Part shown: piece by piece, positions 38,878 through 54,127 of the stretch
Numbering within the stretch: the first letter of the stretch is position 1
Layout of the letters: every line of letters starts with the position of its first letter
Assembly: GCA_002104945.1 (NCBI GenBank)
Contig: MCFH01000002.1
Location: forward strand, 1,364,001-1,428,000
Direction: 5' to 3'
Source: Piromyces finnis finn
Lineage: Eukaryota > Fungi > Neocallimastigomycota
DNA: 64,000 bases
The notes under the pieces: model-generated
Database searches by the model: none
What the model was told of the DNA's origin: nothing
Seen by the model: only the letters and a program-made list of their open reading frames with translations
Made by a program: the position numbers and the translations under genes

Positions 38878-41496
38878 CTAAATACAAAATAATCATTTTA
38901 TAATATCAAATTAATAATATATTAAATGCATATAAAAATTTAAATATACTTGTATATTTACCATTATAATTAAATTTACTAAAAGTTTTGAATTAAAAAA
39001 ATTATGTTTAATATTTTTTTTTTTTTTGATTTTATAACTTCTTTTCTGTATACAAACTTGTTGTTACATGATTTACTAAGCAAATGATTATTATTTTATT
39101 GTTTTTTAAAAATCTGTCTTCATTGAATAAAAAACTTCAATTACTTTTTAGCAAATGAAATATATATCCTTTCAAAATTTCGATAAAAAAAAGAACATGA
39201 AATATTTTCAATTCACTATTTCCTTTTTTTATTATTATTATTATCAATTAACTATTTTCAAAAGATTTATTTACGAATATTTGAAATATATTTTATAATA
39301 ATTTGTTTAAGAATTGATGTTGCTTCATAAATTAAAAATACTTATTTATTTTTTTGATATACTGAATTAAAAAAGATTTTAATATAAATTTTGTTAATTT
39401 GAAATATAAATTTTTATAGAAATTAATTATTGGTATATGTCTTTATAAAGACAATTATTATATTATAAAAAGATTTTAAAGGTATAATGAATTTTTTTTT
39501 CTTTTTAATTGCGATTTCTATATAAATTTTATTTTATCACTTTAAGCTTTTAAAATTTAATTTCATTGAAATTAAATTTAAAATAATCTTTTATTTTTAT
39601 AAAAAAAAAAAAAAAAGAATCATAAAGATATAAAAAATTTTTTAATATAACTTTAAATAATATAGAATTGAGGATAATATTAAATAAATACATTTCTTAT
39701 ATATTCTTGAAAACTTTTTTAATTAGTTTAATTATATATTATAATATATTTATATATATAATAGCTTTTTCTTTAAAAAAAAAAAATTAATATATAATAA
39801 AAAAAATCTATTTAAAAATATATTAGAATTTTGGGTTAATGTAACAATAATGTTAAAATTTAATTACTATATTTAATTTATATTAATTTTGATAGAATTA
39901 TAAATGTATTTGTTTATTATATTAATATATTATTACTATTATTACATTAATTAAACAAGATATAAATTAATTTATTTAATATATTTAATAATTTATTAGT
40001 AATATTAAAATTATTATTTATTTATTTATCAAATAATATTAATTTATTATGGTATTTGTATCACCTAGAATTATTATGATAAACACATCAGGAACATATA
40101 ATTAACAATTGTACTTGTCAACTTAATATATTTTAATTTATTTATAATATAAAATAATTCTTTAAATTGGATATTAATTTTTGTTAGGTATGACAAATGA
40201 CAAAAAAGCTCATCTCTATCTTTTTTATAAAGCTTCAAGATATGTAATATCACACTGCTTATATTGCATAAAATGGTGGTGGTATTGCTTTAAAATAAAT
40301 ATATTTCATTACTCAGCCATATCTCTTTTTTACCATAAAAAATAGAATTACATTACTTTATCTAAAAACTTTTAGAAATAATTACGATATTCAGGAAAGT
40401 TCCATTAATTATAATAAACTAAAATAAATAAAAATTGCATTTTTATGCATAAATTTGGATAAAATGGAGGTTTATTAAAATAGTAACTAAATTTCAATAC
40501 GATTTATTACTCTTGGTAAAAACAAACTAAATATAAAAAAATACATATAGAATTAAGTAGATTTTAACAATTTTTATTTAGTTAATAATTGGTATTAGTT
40601 ACATTAGCAATAAAATATATAAATATTTTGAAAAAATAACAAATTAATTATACTATTGACTTATTATGATTTGCCATTTGCCATTAAAAAATATCTTTTT
40701 AAAGATAATGAAAATATAAGAACATTTACATAATCATATTTACACAATTTTATAATATATGTTTTTTTTTTTAATAATAATAAATATATAAAAAATAGTT
40801 TCTTATTGGTAACAATGTACCATTGAACTAACTACAAATTAATATAATTTTAATATTAAATAGTACATTGTTTTAGGTAGTACAAAGATATAAAAGCAAA
40901 GATAATTGTATTATAATGTAATACAAATAAATATTTTTAAATTTATATTTTTAATAGTATTTATATAATCGATCATATTCTTTGTGAAATATTTTTTAAA
41001 CCAAAGTGTATAACTTACATCTAAATATTATAATTAATTATAAGCTTTACTAGCAAAAAAGAATCTTATTTGAAGCAACATATTTATATCAAATATTTTT
41101 AATATAATTGTTGCTAACTTTTATTAGAACTATTTATTAATTTAAAAAAATCTAATTATGGTGGTTAAGTCAACATAAGTTTATACATTTAACTTGAATT
41201 ATTTTATATCACATCATTTTTAGAACATAAAAAAAAACATTAATTGTAATTGCTATTATTTTATTTTCTTAACATTCGCTAATATTTTATAATTATTAAC
41301 TTTCATATAATACATAATCATCATTTCAATCATTTAAAAAAAAAACAATAATTGAATTGATAAAATAATATTTATTTTTTCTGTAAAGATAAAAAAAGTC
41401 TCACATAAAGAATTTGACGAATCAAATTAAAAATAAATAAATAGATGAAGGAAAACTGATTTAAAGGATAGTAATACAAAAAATTAATATAATCTT

Positions 41497-41590
41497 GTAA
41501 ATAATATATTATCACATTTAAAAAAAATTTAAAAAAAGCATCCGTAAATAATATATTATCACATTTAAAAAAAATTTAAAAAAAGCATCC
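41497..41590. repeat. Perfect tandem duplication, 2 x 47 nt
   Basis: gtaaataatatattatcacatttaaaaaaaatttaaaaaaagcatcc occurs at 41497 and 41544. Confidence 0.9.
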
Positions 41591-41900
41591 AAGATAAAAA
41601 ATAAAAAAAAAAGATTATACAAATTTATTGCTATATACCATATATCATATTTTTTATACAAATAAAGTCATTTTTTCTATATATAAAACTATTATCATAA
41701 TATTATTTTTAAAAAAAAAATTATTAAATTATAAAAAGAAGACATTCAATAATTTAATAATTGATAAAAAATATTATATAATATTTACTACTCTATAAAT
41801 ATATTTATTGGATACTAATATAAAAATTAAAAAGGCAATTAAAATATATAAAAATTTTAATTATTTATATTTTTTTTTATTGAACTTTTAATTTCATTAA

Positions 41901-41965
<65 letters not shown>
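41901..41965. repeat. (ATT)n microsatellite
   Basis: attattatt run downstream of the ARM gene. Confidence 0.93.
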
Positions 41966-41966
<1 letters not shown>

Positions 41967-42188
41967 GTATGCACTGGTTCATCTTAATAATAATTCTACT
42001 TATAAATTTTTATTAAAACGATCCTCTTATAAGTTTTTTATATTAAAAATAAGTTACATAAAAGTGATTTGTTATTTATTTATTCTTATGTAAAAAGATA
42101 ATTCATCTTCATCATTTTATACAATATTTTAATATTTTACTTATTATGGAAAAAAGAATATAAAAAAAAAAAAAAATCACAATAAATA

Positions 42189-44582
42189 TTAATAGGAATT
42201 CATTAAAACAATAAGTTGTCTTGCAAGACTTAACGTTGGAGTTGAAGAATTAGTGACTTCTTCCATCTCAGCAATTTGTTGAATAGCACGTTTAGCTTTA
42301 ATTAACTCTAACGCATGTTTTCCCTCTGAAAAAAGTCCATGAGAATATAGAGCAGTAGGTTCTGATAAAGATGAACTATCACTTTCATTTATAGAATTTA
42401 ATGCTACTAATGGTGGAATATTAATTGTGCTTTCATTACTACCAATATTTAAATTTATCTTATTTAATGAGTTAAATGATGTATTAATATCTGTATTATC
42501 ATGATGATAATGACATGATAAAAGTCCACTGAATAATTTTAATGAACTTTCTCTTATCTACAATAATAAAATAAAATAATGTATTATGGTTAATAGAGTA
42601 TTAATCATTACTTATTTATAAATTAAAGATTATATTTCTACCAATATATCAGATAAAAATATAATACTAATTGAATTGAATTATTATATATTACCGTTGA
42701 TTTATTACAACTTAATCCATTAAGACAAACATTTAATATATCTTCTAATTCTCTTTCTCTAAATTTACCATTTCTTAAATAATAAACTAGATGATAAAGA
42801 ACCTTTTTTATATAATTATTAATAATGTATATCAATATTAAAATAAACAAATACTAAATATATATTAAAACTATATATTTTAAACTCATAAAAAAACTTA
42901 CTTGTAAACAAGCACATGTTAAAGTATTATATAATTGTTCTTGAAGAGATTTTAAATCACTATTTTTTAATTCTTTTGATGAATTATAATTAATACCATC
43001 TTGTACAGTATCTAGAAGTGGATAGAGCAAATAACAATTTGCAAATTTATATAATGACTGAATGTTCTTAAGACGATCTTCCTCAGAAAGATGAGAAGGT
43101 ACACTAGTAGGTGGTGTGGACTGAGAATTTGGAGAAGATACAGTTGGATTGGCTTCAATTTCTTTAGAGTAATGACGAATGGTAGTTGTTAATATATTAG
43201 CAATTGAAATTGATAGAATTTCAAATATCAATGGCTGAGATTGTTCTTGAATTTGATAAAGAATATCTAATATTACAGTTTTGAAGGATTCTGGTAATCT
43301 TTTTCCTAATTCATCACGTGATACTTTTAAATTTGTCAAAAGATGAGGATTTAATAATTGAAGTAAAGCATAGAGAACTTGTTCTGAATTCCATATAGTA
43401 AATTTTGATTCATTCACTTTGCCGTTATTATTATTATTATTATTTAAATCTGTATTACCACTAATTTCAATAATATTTGAAGTATTAATTTCTTTTATTA
43501 AAACTTTTTGACTTTCTTCTTCTCCCGGTATAATTCTTACAAATGAACATATGATTAATGATAGACATTCAATACATCCCATTTGAATATTTTGAATAGC
43601 CTTATCTTTAACATCTAAGAGTATAGTATAGATAAATAATATTATTAAATGAATAAATAGCAAATTATATTTAATGTTCTACTTTTTATAATATATCATT
43701 TTGTATAATTTTAATACATACTTAAATTCTTTGAAAATTGAATAAGAATTTCTAGCGCCATATGAAAGGAAAATTCAATAAACTTCATAGCTTCTAGTGT
43801 TTCTAATGAATGTTTAATAATAACATTACAAATGCAATATAGATATGATTTTAATTGCATTAAATCTTTTGTTCTTCTTTCTTTTTCAAACTTATATTTT
43901 AAATATGAAAAAATATATTGAACTGGTAAACTAGCCAATATTTCAACCGATAATTTTCGAACTTGATCAAATTCATATATTTGCTCAATTCTTTTAATTT
44001 AATATATTTAATAATAAAACATTGTTAATAAAAGTGATAATATTAAGTCGTTCTATTGAAAATATATAAATTAAAATATTAATATATATACAATTTATGA
44101 ATTACCTTTGAACTAATTCTTTGAATAACAAGTAAATAATATCTTCATCTGAAATTTCTTCTACTACAGTATCATTTTCTTCATCCTTATTTTCACGATT
44201 TATCCTTGTATTTGGATCTGTATTCTTGTCTATTTGTTCTGAATCATAGTTTTTAGTCATTATTAAAGTTTCATATGCTTTATTTGGTAATACCTATAAG
44301 ACATAAATAAATAGGTTAGAAATTTAAATATGTTACTAAAATTACCCCAGCAAAAAAAAAAAAAATTAAAAACTTTATATTTTATAAAACAATTAAAATA
44401 ATGCAGTTTAATTACCCTTAAAATTAATAGCGGGGATATTCTCAAAAATAAAATATCTTTAACTATTGTAACACTTTCTTCATCATTTCTATTTAATAAC
44501 TCTTCATTTAACCTAAGATATATAGCACATATAAAAAAATAATTATTAATTGTAAAATATATATAATATTCATTCTTTTTTT

Positions 44583-44641
<59 letters not shown>

Positions 44642-47600
44642 TAACTTTAAAAAAAATTAATATTTTATTACTTTGGTTGTTCTATAATTAGTTTTGTAAC
44701 ATTTTTAAATATAATTCTTACTACAGATTCATCAACCAAATATTCACTTATTGTTGACATAAATCGAACTAGAATTTGATCTTCCGGTGAAGCATACACT
44801 TTTTTTAATAATGGTTCAATAATATAAATCCATGAATTTGTTGATAGCTATATTAAAAAAAATTTTTTATTAAAATAATTAAAATATTTATATAATTATT
44901 ATTTTCAATTAATAAAAAATATAATGAAAAAAATACTTCTTTTGCCCATTTTTTAATAACATAAAATTGTCTTTCTATTAATTTTTCTTGTTGCTCTTTG
45001 GAATCTAAAATATATACAATTTATTAACATATTAATAATTATTATAATAATAGTAGTAGTAATAAAAATAATATTGACAGTTTTTCATTTTATTACATTT
45101 CATTTCACTTTTATTCATGTATATAGAATGAATTTGACTTGGTGTTATTGGAATTTTCTTTTCATGGTTTTGCTGATTAATATTTCTTTTTAAATAACGA
45201 ATAATTATTTATATGATATTAATAAACTATTAAAATTCAATAAAATCATAATTTCTTATGATTTACCTTATATATTCAATATATGTAAATATTACATCTA
45301 TATTAGACTTATGTTTTAAAAGTGTATTTAATAAAGCTGTTTCTGATGCTGCTCTAACTTTTTCGTCACTATCAATTAACTTATTTGCTAATTTTGGTAT
45401 AATCTCATTTTGATCTTATTTATATAAATAAATAAATTATTTTAATATAAAAATATCTAAAAAAAAAAAAAAAAAAAAAAAAAAGCATTATTTATTATAT
45501 AATTATTATAAAATTTTGTTTTAATTATACCTAAATAGCAAAATAACAGCATTGCTTCATTTCTTAATTTAATATCTTCGTCATTAATTCGTAAAAGTAA
45601 TTGTTCAGTAAGTATATTTCTAATATATTAAATTGTTAAAATAATTATATATAACTATATTAATACTCTTATGAAAAAAATTCAGCATATTTCTTCATTA
45701 TCATAAACATCAGTTTTTATTAATGTACCTTAATTGGGTATGTGAATTAGATTTTAAAACATCTCGATTAAGTTGAAAAATTTCATAAATTATAAACAAT
45801 GAATTCATTCTTTCTACTGACTTATTAGAATCTAATTTCATAAAAATATTTGGTAAAACATCCTCAGGGCAAGTATAAAAGAAAAAGAGTTAAGGTAATA
45901 ATATTTAAGTCTTAATTAATAAAAAGGCATGAATACAATCTTTAAATTAAATATTTCTATTGTTCATATATTTTTAATAATTATAATAATTAAACATTTA
46001 ATAAGGATATTAAGCAGCATATTCAGCTAAAAATCCAATCGAAGCTTTTGATACACTATCATTTTGATCCAACATAATTAGTAATTGATCAACCATAGGT
46101 TTAAACTTTTCAGGACCATCAATTAGAAGGAATTTTCTTAACATGTAAAAACCAAGATTTCTTCCTCCTACAAAATCATTATTTAAAATCTATTTAAAAA
46201 ATATATATTAAATATATAATGTCCATTCGAATTTAAATTTAAATGTTATGTTATGTATTATTATTTAATTAATTTACATTTGATGAAATGATTTGTAAAA
46301 AATTTTCTTTTAATGTATCAGATTTGAAAATATTTATATAGTTTTCTTTGCTTTGATGTCCTAACAGTAATGAAAGTTTTAATAAAGATCCAAAATGACC
46401 AAAATCTTCATTTTCCTTTGTATATATATAATCAAATATTATATGGAATTGGAATAAATTTATTAATAATGTTAATAAATTTATCTATCTTACTAATTAA
46501 TTTTTTTTTATTTTATTTACTTCTTCAAGAATTTTTTCCACAATTTTTCTACTTTTTTCAATAGGATTTTTAATATGCTTTGTCGATAAATATGGGTTTA
46601 TATTTATCCATAATTTTGAAACTACATCCGCTATTTCTAATATCATTTTAAATTTTTTAAATTGATAATAATGAACCTATATTAATAATTTTCATAAAAA
46701 ATTTTAATATAAAATATTTTAAATAATTTCTGTTACCAAATTCTTTTGTTGGACATTCATCTTTTTTTATTATAATAGTATTGATAAAATCAAGAACTTC
46801 GTTTAAAGTAGTTTCAAATAATGGATATTTTTTTTGATCCCACTTTTTTAATATTAATTTAGTTTTTATTAAAATAATTTAATCAAATAATAAAAAAAAA
46901 AAAATAATTATTTATTAATAGTATTATACATACAGATATTAAACATCCTAATGCACATGAGACACAATGAACACTATTCCATAAAACAGGATAAAAATTA
47001 TAATCTTGTATTGAATTACTACTAACTTCTTCTATAGCAATTCCAGAAGAAGATTGGGTTTTTTGTTTTATTTTATTTTTATTAACAATGATTGAAGTAT
47101 TCGAAGTAAATATAGATATAATAAGTTGATAGGTTAAAGTAGTTAAAAGTGTTGGCAATATTTTTCCATCTTTATCAACTACACTAATAATAAGCAATAT
47201 AAAATTAATACATTTTATAATACTTAATAATTATAGCATTATAATAAAATAATTACCCATCATTTTTAACTATGTTTACCAATGAAGAATAAATCTCTGA
47301 TAATTCTTTCCAAAACTCAATATCTTCACATAATATTTCTTTTTTTAAATATTTATTAATATATATATATATATATTTCAAATTTCAAAATTTATAAAAC
47401 ATTATTAGAAAAAAAAAAAAAAAAAAAAAATAGAATGTCAATAAATATATATAATGAAAAATATTACATATAAAAATTAATTTTATTTCAAAAATTCAAT
47501 AATTTGAAATTTCATTACCTTCACTCTTTCTCAAACTATGACTTTGTTCATCAATAATATTTTTATAAATTTGAACAGCAATTAACTTTGATTTTTTGTT

Positions 47601-47967
47601 TCCACTACTAATTTCTTCTTGTAATAAATTTTTTAATTGTTTTTTTGTACTAGTATTAAAATATAGCCAATTTAAAATTTTAAAACTATTATTTGAATTG
47701 GATTTCTTTTTTATAATCTAAACATTAATCATTTATCATAAAAAACCGTTAATATATTTAAAAAAAGGGAAAGTATAGAAAAAAAAATATAAAATAAAAA
47801 TATTATTAATTATTAATTGGATTTTTAGTTAGTTAGTATATATTTTATATTCTATACCATATCTTTTAATGGATTATAAATTATTTTCATTGCCGTTCCC
47901 TTATTATCATTTCTTATATATTTATCAATATTTTGTAAGGCTGAAGTCAATGGTGCTATTATTTAAA

Positions 47968-47999
<32 letters not shown>

Positions 48000-48565
48000 A
48001 TACTATTATATTAAATTATCAAATTATGAATTTTCAACTTAAAACTATAATTCTATCTAAAATGAAAAAGTAAAAATTCAAAATTATAATTACATTTTAT
48101 AAAAGTACTTTTCTTATATAAATCAATTGAATTAACTAAAGCTTTATTATTTGCATCTAATAATAAAATGATAGATTGACCAAGTGAGATATTTGCTTTC
48201 TCTGTATTACTATTGTTGTTGTTATTACTCTGATGTATTGATATTGGAATGTTATTACTTGAAATTTCTGAATCTGATTCATTAATAACAAATGCTTTTT
48301 TATTCTGGTTTTCCTTATTTTCTCTTTTATTACTATTATTATTGTTGTTGTTTTCTTTTAAACTTTCACTAATAACTTCAATTTTATTTCTTTTTTGTTC
48401 TTTTCTATTAGAATATACTTTGGTAGAAATAGGTTCAATTAAAATTTGATTATCCTCAGTATCATTTTGTCCATCATTATCACTATGTAAAAGAAATAAA
48501 TTACTACTTAAAGATTCCTTTTTATTTATTGCTTTTGTAATATCCGATATTTCAATATTTTTCAT
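42189..48565 (-). CDS. Large ARM/HEAT-repeat protein of unknown function, many exons
   Basis: Chain of GT-AG-bounded helical coding segments from MKNIEISD (48565) to ...RQLIVLMNSY* (42189). HEAT-like segments include IIPKLANKLIDSDEKVRAASETALL, LLRINDEDIKLRNEAMLLFA, IYEFDQVRKLSVEILASLP and IQMGCIECLSLIIC. Not every junction was checked, and the start is tentative. Confidence 0.75.
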
Positions 48566-48859
48566 TTCGTTTCATTTAAATATATATTTATTACTCTCTT
48601 AAAAAGATATTTATATATAACAAATAACCTAAAAGGAAAAAAAAAATAAATTTCAATTCATTTATACTTATACATCTACTTTAATCGATTTTTTGAGTGT
48701 TACACAAAATAATATAGTTTAAAATAAATTTGAAATTTTAAAAATTAAAAAAAAAAAAAAATATTTAATATAACAAAAATTCATGACGAAAGAAAAAGAT
48801 TTGATTTTATAAACAAAAAAAAATATGGGAAATACAACATTTGATAAATCAAGCAATTT

Positions 48860-51800
48860 TTATTTGTCTTTTTTTCTTATTCTATATTTTTTTAATAAAA
48901 TTTTATATTCTGGTAAATAGCCATCACGGTTTTTCGATGAGAGTTTCTTTAAATAAGTTAAATTAATTAATGGAATCATTGTTGGTCTGCCATGAGCACA
49001 CTGAAATGGAAATCTTAAAGATGGCATTTGTTCAACAATAGCTCGGCATTCCTTTAATGTCAATGGATCATCAAATTTTATAGCCTTATGACAAGCTAAA
49101 GAGCATAATATAGAATAAATAGAAGAGGGTATAAAATCGATTTTTCGATCTGAAAAATGAAATGATTGAATAGTGACTCCATTACTATCTCGTAATGAAT
49201 TTTTATTTTTAAAATAATTTGAAGTATTATTAATATCTGGTATTGTGTTCTGTAGGGGAAAATGCGAAGAATTTAATGAATTCTTCAAGTTTAGATGTGA
49301 TTTTGATAAATTTGAAGAAGATGGGGAACAATCCTCATCAAATATAAGATATGAATTTTTATACTTTGATAACGAATTCTCAAATTCATAAATACAATTA
49401 CGTATAATATTAGTTAGTTTTTCAACATTAGTTAAACATCTTTCAACAATTAATCTTGGTAATTTTTCAACACGAACGATACTTAATGCACTTATTAATT
49501 TATTTGTTTGGTTATAATCAATATTGCTTTGAATATTACTTTTATTTTTCTTATCTAATATTGAATCTTTATTAAGAATATCGAAAAGACTAGATCTTAA
49601 ATAATGACTTTTATCAAAATATTCCGAACCATAATTTTCAATAATTTCTTTTTCTGAGTAAGATAATTTATGATTATCCTTAGCACCTTCATAGAAACTA
49701 TACTTAAAATCATCTTCAACAAAATAAATCCCAATATTTTTAAATTCTTGTTTAAATTCATAAATACGTTTAATTTCATGATTTGGTAATATTACTCTTA
49801 TGGGAGGTGTTAATTGAGTAATTTCTGGACCAGTTCCTTGGCTATTACCATGTTTATATTGATTAAGTAGTGCTTCTAGTTGAATACGTTCATCAATAGC
49901 ATGTTGATCTAATAATACCAATAAATCAGAAAAATATTTTTTCTCTATTTCATAAGAATTATAATAATAATGATAATATTGTTAAACATATAATAATAAT
50001 AATAATAATACATAATACATAATACATAAATGATATATTATTCTTTATATATAATATATATATATAAAACTTACTATTAACTTGTTCCTTATTTTTATAA
50101 TTCAACAGCTTACAAACAATAAATTTCTGATCTGCCTGACCTATTACTTGTAAATTTTTCAAATATTCTTTATCAAATATTACTTTATGATTTAAAAAAT
50201 TATTACATGTATAACGAAAATATTTTGGCCCAACTATTTCACTTTTATTAATATTTGAGGTTGCATTATCAATATTTAAATTAATGGTTGGAATTCTTTC
50301 ATTAAAATCTTTAATATCATCATTCAAGGTAATTATACCGTTGTTGATACTGACATCATTATTTGATTCATCTAATATTGTGGATGTATTAGAATTTTCA
50401 ATTACTGGATTTTTCCTATATTTTTTAAATTTTTCTAAAAGTGGATTTAATTTTTTAGAATTTTTTAATAATTTATCGGTTTTTTCATTTGAAAAATCAA
50501 TACTAGGAATTTCTAAATCATTTTTTTCTAATTCTGAATCACTAATTAATGAGGTTGAAGGTTCAATTAAATTATTCATAAAAGATAAATGTGATGAATC
50601 ATCATTACTTTTGAAAGAAGTAGATTTTTTATATTGCCTTTTAGCCTTTGATGGGAAAGCACGTTTTCTTTTTCTAGTTCTTCTATCATCTGCATGTCGA
50701 ATAATTGAAGGTAGACTTGAATTAGGTCGATAAAAATATTTCTCCTTAATAAAATTAATTTTTTCATTAATAGCTTGTTTTTTAAATGATAAATCATTAT
50801 ATTCATCTTCCGAGCTATCAATTATCTCTTCTCCTTCTTCTTCTTTTTCTTCTTCTTCTTCTTCTTCATTGTCATCATAACTATCTGTATTATCGCTATT
50901 ATCTGTGTCAGCATCACCATTATTTATATCTATTATATCTATTTCCTCTATTTCACTTTGATGTTGCACTTCTTGTTCTTTCCTTATATTAATATTACTA
51001 TCTTTTTCAATATCAATATTTTGTTTATATATTTCAGAAATTATACCTTTATTATTATTAACAGCTTCAGTTATTATACGAGTGTCAGTAATTTCATCAC
51101 AGTTTTTCATTATTTTTAAAACTTTTTTGTTTGTTTCGTTATTACTTTCAATATCACATTTATCAGCAGCATTTGTTATTGATCTATAATCTGATAATTG
51201 AGTTATATCATTATAGCATATTTCATGATCAATATAATTATTTTTATCACAAAAACACCTTTCTTTATTTATATTTGTAACATTTAAATTAGTTTGAATA
51301 TCCATTCTATCTTCACTATTAGATATTATTTTCTCCTCCGATTCTATATTAATATCCATATCCAATTTCTTTTCATTGTTATAATATGTTTGCGAAAGCA
51401 AATTAGTTGCTTCATCATTTTTTTCATTATTAATATTAATATTATTAATAGTATCGGTAAATTGATCATTAAAATTAGATAATATTTCTATATCACTCTC
51501 TTCATTATTAATATTATCAATTAAACTATCATCTTCAGATGATGATATATAAAAGTTCTTATTATTATATGTACCATCAATACTTATACTATTTGATCTT
51601 TGTTCATGACTGGTATCTGACTCTGTGAGATCAATTACTATAATTTCTTTATTTTTTTTATTTAATTGTTCTTTCTCTATATTATTATTATCATTAGAAT
51701 TATGAGAATTAAATGATTTGATTATTGATGGTAAATTAAAAAATCTAGATTGCGTTATTGAAAAATTTTGAGTAAGCTCTTCATTATTTTGTTGACAAGC

Positions 51801-54127
51801 AAAAAGTTTATATTGTTCTAATGCATTATTTATAACTAATTTTATAAAATATAATATAGATTCCCAATTCTATTAATAAAATAAAAAAAATTAATGAATT
51901 ATTCTTTTTTTATTCATTATTAATTCATTTAATTTTCTTAAATAAATGTTAAAATTTCATTTTTCATTACCTCAAATTCAACCACTCTCTTTGAAGGATC
52001 CATACATATATCATAGATCTCTGTTGAGCATGATATATTAAAAAGGAATACAGGATACTTTTTCAATTTCTTATCAAAGTTTAATAAAAAATGAGGAATA
52101 TCTATTATTTAAATAATTATTTATAGTTTCAACTACTTAATATATTTATCTAATATATTGTTTATTATTTATTTCATAAAAACTTACATGGACTAAATAA
52201 ATCATTATAGTTCCTTTGAAAATGTTCATTACACTAATAAAAATTCGTATATTAATTATTATTATTATTATGTACTTAAATTTAATAAATTATTTTTATG
52301 TTTGAATACCTTTTGTATTGATAGATCCTCATTAAATATTTTGTTTATATATTTATAGATTTCATTATATTCTAAATATCTCTTATTTAAATCTGTAAAA
52401 TATAAAAAAAAAAAAAAAAAAAAGAAAAGGGATTTATATCAGTATAAATGATTAAAAAATCAAAATACTAACTATTACAATATCTATACTTACAAATATA
52501 TTGATACTATATTAAAATACATGATTATTAAGATATTGTTTTGTTTTATTAATAATAGTTATATCAAATATATTTATCAATTTGTATAATGATTTTATAT
52601 ACCTTTTTAGGATTTCCTGAAAATCCAATAAAACCAGTCACCATGTAATTATAATCACTAAATTTATAATTAATAATATCTTTCGAATTTAAATTCACTG
52701 AAATTAAATCCTTTTTAAAAATTGATTATTAATAAGTATTTCTATTACTTTTAGATTCTCAATAAATTTTAATGAAATAAGCTGAATTATTATTTTAATT
52801 TTTACAATAATACCTTACATAGCAATTCGTTATATAAATCTTTGAATACATCTATAAACTCTTTCTAATAAATAAATATTGTATATATTATTATTTTTAT
52901 TTTGGATTCAAATAGTTTTCTAAATAATAAATGCGTTAATTATTACATTATTTAAATTGGTATGAATAATTTTTCTCCCATTTTGTTTATTAATGACAGT
53001 AAATTCAATTCCGGGTTCTATTAACGCTAATATTTCAATATTCTTTTTTATATTATCATATATATGTCTTTTCTTGTTTAATAATTTTTTTCTAACAGGA
53101 GCCTTTTTATTCAACATTGATTATAACATTAATAAAAATGATATATTTATTTGATTTTATATATGATGAATAATACCTTATTAAATATATTTTGAACAAA
53201 AACAGTTGTTCCGCTTTCATACTTTATATAACTATCGCTTATACCACAGTATTTAATATTCCCATCCTATCACAATATATATATATAATATACAATTACT
53301 ATTATTATTATTTATTATTTAAATTAATATGCACTTAGATAATAATTACATTAACATAAAGGGAATAAATATCTTCAGAATCCTTAATCTTCGTATTTAT
53401 TTCAATATCTGCAATTTGAAAAATACTTGCCAAAGCTTTAATATTAAATTATCCAAATCCAAAGATATATTAGATATAATTATTAAATTAGTATTTTTAA
53501 AAAGCTTAAATTTAAAAATTCAAAACACCTTCTCCTCGAAATCCATAAGTATTAATATGCTTCAAATCTTCTATTGTATGGCATTTCGAAGTAACTTCAA
53601 GTTTTATATACAGGTTTATAGGTATACGTATAATATGATAAAGTTATTATCATTAAAATTAATATTATTCGATTTATATATAAATATTTAAAAAAAAAAT
53701 AATAATTATATATCAAAATTTATAATGAAATTTCTTGAGATTTCGGAATCAATTTCAAAATTGATTTTTATTTAATTAAATAAAGAACATTATTTTAATA
53801 AGTTAATACCATATCTATTTCCAATAACTTTCAAATTCTCTAATGAAATCCCTGTTCCATTATCCACTACTTGAAATTCATTTTTATTAAAATCGAATTC
53901 AATATCAATTTTTGTTGCTTGTGCATCGAGACCTATGGCATTTAAAAAAAACCAATAATAATTCATTTTTTAAAATTCAAAAATTCATATATACATTTAT
54001 AAGATAAAAAAAAAAATAAATGCTTACTATTTTCGACTAATTCAACAACACATTGAAATAAGGAAGTAATAATATAAGTTGATCTTAATAAACTTCTAGT
54101 ATTAAAATCTAACTTTTCCAAAATCAT
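48860..54127 (-). CDS. MLH3: DNA mismatch-repair / meiotic crossover endonuclease MLH3 (MutL family), multi-exon
   Basis: N-terminal GHKL ATPase: CVVELVEN|SLDAQAT, VVDNGTGIS, TYGFRGE, GTTVFVQNIFN..PVRKK. C-terminal endonuclease: QVIGQADQKFI, DQHAIDERIQLE, ACHKAIKFDDPL, FPFQCAHGRPT. These are MLH3-type variants of the PMS2/MLH3 motifs. Confidence 0.92.

Noticed and set aside
41497-41590. Direct repeat as a CRISPR array or LTR
   Set aside because: Two adjacent copies with no spacer or internal element; a simple tandem duplication in a eukaryote.
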